Of a stretch of DNA of 18,099 nucleotides, positions 8,442 through 13,989 are shown piece by piece. The notes beneath the pieces were generated by a model. That model did no database searches, had not been told where the DNA came from, and saw only the letters and a list, made by a program, of their open reading frames with translations. The position numbers and the translations under genes were made by a program. This stretch comes from a bacterium. GTDB taxonomy: Bacteria; Arandabacterota; Arandabacteria; Arandabacterales; JALGWA01. The stretch is taken from assembly GCA_050125095.1 (NCBI GenBank), contig JASFEA010000066.1, positions 1-18,099 on the forward strand. Direction: 5' to 3'. Positions within the stretch are counted from its first letter, which is position 1; each line of letters opens with the position of its first letter.

Positions 8442-9434
8442 CTATCCGAGCTCCAGGTTCATGGCTTTCCTGACTTCCCGCATGGTCGAGCAGGCGACCT
8501 CTCTCGCCTTATCAGCGCCCTCCTCGAGGATCTTGAGGATCTGTCCCCTGTCCTTCTCGTACTCCGCGCGCTTCGCCCTCATGGGCGCGAGAAAAGCCGC
8601 GATCGACTCCGCGGCCTCCTTCTTGCAGGCCACGCAGCCGCGCGAGCCGTCTTTGCAGGTCTTCTCGATCTCGCCCACGTCGCCCGACGAGAAGGTCTGG
8701 TGGTACTTGAAGACATTGCAGATGTCGGGGTGGCCGGGGTCGCCCATGCGTATTTTCTCAGGATCCGTTATGGCCGTTTTGACTTTCTTCTCTATTGTCT
8801 CGGGCGGGTCCGACATCAGGATGACATTGCCCACCGACTTGCTCATGCGCTTGCCGTCGAGGCCCGGCAGCCGCGCCGAACGCGTGAGTATGGGTTCGGG
8901 CTCCAGGAAGATATCGACTTCGTAGAGCGTGTTGAAGCGCCTGGCGAGCTCGCGCGTTATCTCGAGATGCGGCAGCTGGTCCTCGCCCACGGGCACCGCG
9001 TTCGCCTTGTAGATCATGATGTCTGCGGCCTGGAGCACCGGGTAGCCCAGGTGCCCGTAGGTGATGTTCTCGCCCAGCTCGAGGTCGCGGATCTGGTCTT
9101 TGAGCGTGGGGTTGCGCTGGAGGCGCGGCACGCTGATGAGCATGGAAAGCAGGAGATGAAGCTCGGCGTGTTCCTTAACGTCCGACTGCAGGAAAACCAC
9201 GCTCTTCTCAATGTCTATGCCGGCCGAGAGCCAGTCGATAACGACCTCGACCGCATCCTCGGTGAGGTTGGCTGTCTTGTCGTACCCGGTCGTGAGGGCG
9301 TGCCAGTCGGCCACTTCGAAGAAGCACCGGTACTCGTCCTGGAGCCTCACCCAGTTGACGAGCACCCCGGCATAATTCCCCAGATGGAGCTTCCCGGTTG
9401 GCCTCATGCCGCTTAGGATCCTCTTTCGCTTCAT
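8442..9434 (-). CDS. trpS: Tryptophan--tRNA ligase
   Basis: ILSGMRPTGKLHLGNY (HIGH), YPVLQAADI, VPVGEDQLPHLE, KRMSKS. ATG at 9434 follows GAGGGAGAG. Confidence 0.97.
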   Translation of the reverse strand: MKRKRILSGMRPTGKLHLGNYAGVLVNWVRLQDEYRCFFEVADWHALTTGYDKTANLTEDAVEVVIDWLSAGIDIEKSVVFLQSDVKEHAELHLLLSMLISVPRLQRNPTLKDQIRDLELGENITYGHLGYPVLQAADIMIYKANAVPVGEDQLPHLEITRELARRFNTLYEVDIFLEPEPILTRSARLPGLDGKRMSKSVGNVILMSDPPETIEKKVKTAITDPEKIRMGDPGHPDICNVFKYHQTFSSGDVGEIEKTCKDGSRGCVACKKEAAESIAAFLAPMRAKRAEYEKDRGQILKILEEGADKAREVACSTMREVRKAMNLELG

Positions 9435-9444
9435 CTTCTCTCCC

Positions 9445-10098
9445 TCAGTATCCGAGTCCGGTGAATAGGCGGAGCAGTGCATGGGCCGGAGGCACGATGA
9501 TCGCGCCTATAATGCTGAAGCCCATGAAGCTGCCCAGTATGATGAGACCGAAAATGACAAACATGCCCGTGCGCCCGATGCTCTCGTACTTCACCGCGTA
9601 CTCGGTGGGAAGCAGGGACGCCAGGACTCCGGAGCCGTCCAGGGGCGGAATGGGTATGAGATTGAAAAAAGCCAGGTAGAGGTTTATGGACGCAATCGAC
9701 ATGAGCACCAGCTGCAGGGGACCGAACATATCGGCCATGGCCGGGCTCATTATGGTAATCCTGAAGACCAGCCCGGCGATTAGCGCCAGGATGATATTGG
9801 AGGCCGGGCCGGCCAGCGAAACCAGAAAGACGCCCCTGCGCGGATTCCTGAAAACGAACGGATTCACGGGAACCGGCTTGGCCCAGCCGAAAGCCATGGT
9901 CCCCTGGGAGCTCACGAGCAGCACCAGCGGAAGCAGTATGGTGCCGATGGGATCGATGTGAGCCAGTGGATTGAGCGTAAGGCGCCCGTATTGCTCAGCG
10001 GTTACATCGCCCTGGGACCTGGCCGCTCTGGCATGTGCATACTCATGGACGGTGAGTCCTAGAAATATCGCAAAAATACCGGATACTATCTGTTGTAT
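9445..10098 (-). CDS. Site-2 protease family (peptidase M50) membrane zinc metalloprotease, probable ATA start
   Basis: The frame extends 58 codons upstream of the ORF-track start and contains the catalytic HEYAH plus GRLTLNPLAHIDPIG. Downstream it has GWAKPVPVNP, AGPASN and FNLIPIPPLDG. Confidence 0.92.
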   Translation of the reverse strand: MQQIVSGIFAIFLGLTVHEYAHARAARSQGDVTAEQYGRLTLNPLAHIDPIGTILLPLVLLVSSQGTMAFGWAKPVPVNPFVFRNPRRGVFLVSLAGPASNIILALIAGLVFRITIMSPAMADMFGPLQLVLMSIASINLYLAFFNLIPIPPLDGSGVLASLLPTEYAVKYESIGRTGMFVIFGLIILGSFMGFSIIGAIIVPPAHALLRLFTGLGY

Positions 10099-10161
10099 TT
10101 AGTACAGCCCCCTTCGCTCGCCCCGCGTGGTGCTGTTGCGGAGGAGCCAGAGATTTAGGGC

Positions 10162-10191
10162 AATATAACACCCTAAGTCGTTGGATGTCAA
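10162..10191 (-). promoter_or_regulatory. Sigma70-type promoter for the M50-trpS-...-rpsA run
   Basis: TTGACA (10186-10191), 18-nt spacer, TATATT (10162-10167) with an extended TGn motif. Confidence 0.75.
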
Positions 10192-10208
10192 CCAAATCTT
10201 CAAACCCT

Positions 10209-10261
10209 GGGGTCAGGTCTTGAAATGCACAAAACCTTGGGGTCAGGTCTTGAAATGCACA
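10209..10261 (+). repeat. Left tandem pair of the 23-nt repeat GGGGTCAGGTCTTGAAATGCACA (30-nt period)
   Basis: Identical copies at 10209-10231 and 10239-10261, with a degenerate third copy at about 10262-10281. Confidence 0.95.
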
Positions 10262-10269
10262 GTCAGATC

Positions 10270-10581
10270 TTAGAGCGCACAGTCAGGATGCTGCAGGCCG
10301 CCGCGGCTTTGCTCCGGCGCCGGACCGCCGAGCACCCTGAGCGCCCTTTGGGCCATATCATTATCCGGCTCCGCATCAAGAATCGCCTCCGCTGTCCTCC
10401 CGAGCATGGCGTATGTCACGCCGAGATTGAGCCTCAAGGAGGAGTTGGTGGGATTGATTTCGACCGCTTTCTCCAGCTCCAGGGCGGCGGCCGCGGCATA
10501 GAGACTGACGCTGATGCCGGATTGCGGGTGGCTAGCTAATAGGTTGTGCATTTCAAGACCTGACCCCGGCAGATTGTGCAT
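10270..10581 (-). pseudogene. TPR-repeat gene fragment or small chimeric ORF (103 aa)
   Basis: LEKAVEINPTNSSLRLNLGVTYAMLGRTAEAI-LDAEPDNDMAQRALRVL resembles a TPR consensus with apparent internal deletions. Its ATG and TAA both come from repeat copies. Confidence 0.6.
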
Positions 10582-10597
10582 TCTAAGACCTGACCCC
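10545..10597 (-). repeat. Right tandem pair of the same 23-nt repeat, inverted
   Basis: tgtgcatttcaagacctgacccc at 10545-10567 (exact reverse complement) and tgtgcattctaagacctgacccc at 10575-10597 (2 mismatches), 30-nt period. Confidence 0.95.
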
Positions 10598-11872
10598 GGC
10601 CTCTCTCTTGGCGAAGGCCAGCTCCGAGCGCCTGGTGGGGAGCTTGCCGGCGAGCTTCTGCTCGAGAATCCTGTCGAGCACCCTGCCGACGGCAGGGCCC
10701 TGCTTGACGCCGAGCGCTTCAAGATCGTCCCCGGTAATAAGCGGTCTTATGCTTCTCCAACGCGTCATGAATTCCTTTATAATCCCCCGCTCCCTCCTGG
10801 CGGATGCGAAATAGAGAAGCGCCAGCGACTCGTAGGGAAGGCTGCGGAGCTGCCTGGTCGCCTCGTAGGCGTCGCCGGGCTTCAGTTCCGAGAGATTCCC
10901 GGCGGCCCTTTCAATTTTTGAAGCCGCCCACAGGCACACCCTTTTGGTCTTCCGGTCGAGATTCAGATAAAGCGCGAGCCGTTCCGCCGCCGAGGTCTGC
11001 CCCATGAAGAGATAGCCGAACCAGTAAGCCTCAAAATCGAACTCGCCGCGGCCGGCCCAGCCGCAAAACCGCCGCGCGACACGGTCGGCCGCCCCCAGCC
11101 TTCTCACCTTGTTCGCGTCGAATCCCAGGCTGATCGCTATGGTGTGCAGAAATCCCATCTTCTCCATGAGCCTTATCGCAACAGCCACTTTCTCTTCCCG
11201 GAATATCAGCCCCAGCTCCCGCCTCACCCGCTTCCCCGAAATGGTCTGCATGCAGGCCTGAGCCACGCATGCTTCGAGAAAACCGAGGGTGTGCTTTCCG
11301 AATCTGTACCCGTAGCGCGCCGCGAATCTCACCCCGCGGAGTATCCTGGTAGGGTCGTCGCGGAATGACTCCGGGTGCAGCACGCTGAGCTGCCCGCGCT
11401 CGAGGTCTCCCCACCCGTCGAATGGGTCGAGCAGTATTCCGTGGCAGGACCCGGTAAGGCCCACGGCCATGGCGTTGACGGCGAAGTCGCGCCGCTCGAG
11501 GTCGCTTATTATATCGGCGCGGGGCCTGACGTCGGGAAGCGCGCCCGGCCGCGAGTAGGTTTCCGTGCGCGTTGACGCGAAGTCGATTATGCCCGCCGGG
11601 CCGCCTTCGACCTTGCAGGTTCCGAATCTCGTCACTCCCTTCACCGAGCCCCCGACGGACCTGGCGTAATCGCGGGCGACCCTGACGGCGTCTCCCTCGA
11701 TCGTCACGTCGAGGTCGGTGTTGGGATAACCGATCAGCATGTCGCGCACTATGCCGCCGACGATAAAGGCGCTCATCCGGCGCTCTTTGGCCAGCCGCCC
11801 AATGCGCTTCAGTTCCTTCGTTGCTATCATAGGAAGAACGCTAACCGACTCTGCTTCTGGCGACTTCACCAT
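10583..11872 (-). CDS. Class II tRNA nucleotidyltransferase / poly(A) polymerase family protein (CCA- or A-adding)
   Basis: VGGIVRDML...DLDVTIEG, DLERRDFAVNAMA, SFRDDPTRILRGVRFAAR, and C-terminal ITGDDLEALGVKQGPAVGRVL. Confidence 0.93.
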   Translation of the reverse strand: MVKSPEAESVSVLPMIATKELKRIGRLAKERRMSAFIVGGIVRDMLIGYPNTDLDVTIEGDAVRVARDYARSVGGSVKGVTRFGTCKVEGGPAGIIDFASTRTETYSRPGALPDVRPRADIISDLERRDFAVNAMAVGLTGSCHGILLDPFDGWGDLERGQLSVLHPESFRDDPTRILRGVRFAARYGYRFGKHTLGFLEACVAQACMQTISGKRVRRELGLIFREEKVAVAIRLMEKMGFLHTIAISLGFDANKVRRLGAADRVARRFCGWAGRGEFDFEAYWFGYLFMGQTSAAERLALYLNLDRKTKRVCLWAASKIERAAGNLSELKPGDAYEATRQLRSLPYESLALLYFASARRERGIIKEFMTRWRSIRPLITGDDLEALGVKQGPAVGRVLDRILEQKLAGKLPTRRSELAFAKREAGVRS

Positions 11873-12779
11873 GGTACCTCTCCCTCGGATGGTACAGCCT
11901 GTGGACCTCGATCAAGTGCTCCATATCGACCTTGGTATATATCTGCGTCGTGCTTATGTTTCTGTGCCCCAGCATCTGCTGCACGGCCCTGAGGTCCGCC
12001 CCGCCCTCGAGAAGATGCGTGGCGAATGAATGGCGGAGGACATGCGGCGTCACGGGGGCCCTGAGGCCGGCCGACTTGACGCATGCCGCGAGGATCTTCC
12101 AGAACCCCATTCTCGAAAGCCGCCCGCCGCGCCAGTTAAGGAAGAGGGTCTCGGAAGTCCGCCCCCTCAGGAGCTCCGGCCTCACCGTATCTGCATAAAC
12201 CCGCACCCAGCGAAGCGCCACCTCACCCACCGGCACGATTCTCTCCCTTGAGCCCTTCCCGATGCATCTCGCCGTGCCGTCCTCGAAGTTGAGATCCGAC
12301 AGCCGAAAACCTATTACCTCCGATACGCGCATGCCGGTCGCGTAGGCGAATTCAAGCATGGCCTTGTCCCGCATGCCCAGCGGCCGGCTCGTATCGGGCG
12401 CCGCGAGCAGTATTTCTATGTCTCTTATGGTCAGAGCCCTGGGAACCCTCCGCCACGCCCTTGGCTGCGCCACGGTCTCGGTGGGGTCGCTCTCGGTCAC
12501 CTGCTCGGCCACAAGGTACCTGTGAAAGGCGCGCACCGACGAGAGGTTTCTGCGGATGCTCGACGGCGCCAGGCCGCACTCGCTCATGAAAGCCAGGTAC
12601 GAATGAACGTCTGCGGGCTCAGCCTTGCGGGGCCTGTCCTTGCCTTCGGCCGCCAGAAACTCGAGGTATTTGCGTATGTCGCTTTCGTAGGCCTCGATGG
12701 TGTTAGGCGCCAGACCCTGCTCGGTGGCAAGCCAGGCCGAGAAGTCTTCTACCTGTCCTTCCGGATGCCTTGAAGAAAT
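11841..12779 (-). CDS. xerD: Tyrosine recombinase XerD, probable ATT start
   Basis: Catalytic R-K-H-R-H-Y set (GMRVSE, GKGSRER, HVLRHSFATHLLEGGADLR, LGH, TQIYT) and YHPR terminus. The frame extends 64 codons upstream of the ORF-track start through VEDFSAWLATEQGLAPNTIEAYESDI, the N-terminal core-binding domain. Confidence 0.9.
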   Translation of the reverse strand: MSSRHPEGQVEDFSAWLATEQGLAPNTIEAYESDIRKYLEFLAAEGKDRPRKAEPADVHSYLAFMSECGLAPSSIRRNLSSVRAFHRYLVAEQVTESDPTETVAQPRAWRRVPRALTIRDIEILLAAPDTSRPLGMRDKAMLEFAYATGMRVSEVIGFRLSDLNFEDGTARCIGKGSRERIVPVGEVALRWVRVYADTVRPELLRGRTSETLFLNWRGGRLSRMGFWKILAACVKSAGLRAPVTPHVLRHSFATHLLEGGADLRAVQQMLGHRNISTTQIYTKVDMEHLIEVHRLYHPRERYHGEVARSRVG

Positions 12780-13432
12780 GGGTTGAGCTCCTTCTCTTCG
12801 CCGATGGTCGTCGCCGGGCCGTGGCCGGGATAGACCATGAGTCGGTCGTCAAGCGCACAAATCGTTTTACCGAGCGTGTTCATCATATCAACATCGGACC
12901 CTCCCGGCAGGTCGGTCCGTCCAATGGACCCCTTGAAGAGAGTATCACCGGTGAATAGGTAGGGGCCGATGCGATAACAGACGCTTCCTGCGGTATGGCC
13001 CGGGGTGTGAATGACCTCAACATCGCAGCCGCCTATCCTGAGGTTCGCCGCACCGTTGAGTTCCTGGTCGACAGGGCAGGGATTGCGGACGAGGTCCCAG
13101 AGAGTGGGCTGCTGCGCCTCCTCGACCATGGCCCTGTCGGCTCTGTGACAGATCACCCGGCTCCTGTAGCGGCGCCTGAGTTCGCCGGCGGCATTGGTAT
13201 GGTCTATATGCCCGTGGGTAAGGAGAATCGCCTCGGGCTCAAGCCCGGTCTCGCGGACGAGTTCCACTATCACATCCGGCTCATCGCCCGGGTCTATGAT
13301 GAATCCTTGCCCCTGGGGCCCGACCCTGACGGCAAAGCAATTCGCCTGGAACATACTGACCACCGCGCGTCTTATTTCTATGCCGTCACTCATTACGCTG
13401 TCATTCATTACACCGTCACTCATTGCCTGCAT
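12749..13432 (-). CDS. MBL-fold metallo-hydrolase (glyoxalase II / YcbL-like)
   Basis: IIDPG, THGHIDH (HxHxDH), HTPGHTAGS, FTGDTLFKGSIGRTDLPGG, YPGHG, EKELNPFL. Several in-frame ATGs between 13393 and 13432. Confidence 0.92.
   Translation of the reverse strand: MQAMSDGVMNDSVMSDGIEIRRAVVSMFQANCFAVRVGPQGQGFIIDPGDEPDVIVELVRETGLEPEAILLTHGHIDHTNAAGELRRRYRSRVICHRADRAMVEEAQQPTLWDLVRNPCPVDQELNGAANLRIGGCDVEVIHTPGHTAGSVCYRIGPYLFTGDTLFKGSIGRTDLPGGSDVDMMNTLGKTICALDDRLMVYPGHGPATTIGEEKELNPFLQGIRKDR
13379..13423 (-). repeat. 3 x 15-nt degenerate tandem repeat at the MBL gene start
   Basis: ATGAGTGACGGTGTA / ATGAATGACAGCGTA / ATGAGTGACGGCATA, encoding MSDGV-MNDSV-MSDGI. Confidence 0.85.
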
Positions 13433-13979
13433 CCCCCATACCCCCGAACAGACCCGGCTCGAGCCCGAGCCTCGTCTGTCCCGCCTCGTGCGCCAGCAGC
13501 CACTTCTTGAGACTCAGGCCCCCGCCGTATCCCCCGAGGGCGCCGTCGGACGCCACCACGCGATGGCAGGGTATGATGATGGGGATGGGATTGAGCCCCA
13601 TCGCCCCCCCGACTGCGCGCGCCGAATAGGGTTCATGCATGTGGTCCGCGATCCAGCCGTAACTCCGGACTTCGCCGAACGGGATCTTCTGAGTCACTTT
13701 GTAGACCTTCTTCATGAAGCTGCTGGTGCCGCGCAGATCGAAGGGCACGGCGAAGGTCCGCCTGACCCCCGCGAAGTACTCGTTGAGCTGCCGCGCGGCC
13801 GTGTCAGCGAAACCGCCGCCGAGAAGGAACGTGACTCCGTCCCTGTCTCCGTAGAAAGACTCCAGCGCATCCGTATCGAGCGACCCGAAACTGACGTAGA
13901 AGAGCCCTTTGGGAGTTGCGCCTATCCACAGGTCTCCGACCGGCGTCGGCAGAGTATTGTAGTTGATGATGAGTCTCAC
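13416..13979 (-). CDS. ogt: Methylated-DNA--protein-cysteine methyltransferase
   Basis: IPFGEVRSYGWIA, ARAVGGAM and active site IIIPCHRVV. GTG at 13979 is preceded by GAGGT. Confidence 0.93.
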   Translation of the reverse strand: MRLIINYNTLPTPVGDLWIGATPKGLFYVSFGSLDTDALESFYGDRDGVTFLLGGGFADTAARQLNEYFAGVRRTFAVPFDLRGTSSFMKKVYKVTQKIPFGEVRSYGWIADHMHEPYSARAVGGAMGLNPIPIIIPCHRVVASDGALGGYGGGLSLKKWLLAHEAGQTRLGLEPGLFGGMGDAGNE

Positions 13980-13989
13980 TCCATTAACC

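Larger units (their letters stand above)
10209..10597. mobile_element. Putative non-autonomous REP/MITE-like element bounded by inverted tandem repeats, carrying a TPR fragment
   Basis: Two repeat copies at each end in inverted orientation, no transposase inside, located between two housekeeping runs. Mobility is inferred, not shown. Confidence 0.5.

Noticed and set aside
8835-8852. TrpRS RMSKS instead of KMSKS
   Set aside because: Conservative change with a Lys immediately before it and the catalytic second Lys intact.
10152-10179. dif site interpretation of the 28-bp palindrome near xerD
   Set aside because: Only ATTTA and the terminal AA match the XerD arm (ATTTAACATAA). The conserved inner CATAA/TTATG cores are missing.
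10201-10290. CRISPR array interpretation of the 30-nt periodic repeats
   Set aside because: Spacers are only 7 nt, there are only two good copies per side, the pairs are inverted, and no cas genes are present.
10582-10722. Upstream part of the 10270-10722 ORF
   Set aside because: Alternate frame of the nucleotidyltransferase 3' end with low-complexity translation. Only the part from 10581 down was kept.
11841-12779. Prophage or island integrase interpretation of the tyrosine recombinase
   Set aside because: XerD-type sequence and size, embedded in a housekeeping run with no phage or cargo genes. No duplicated tRNA 3' end was noticed.
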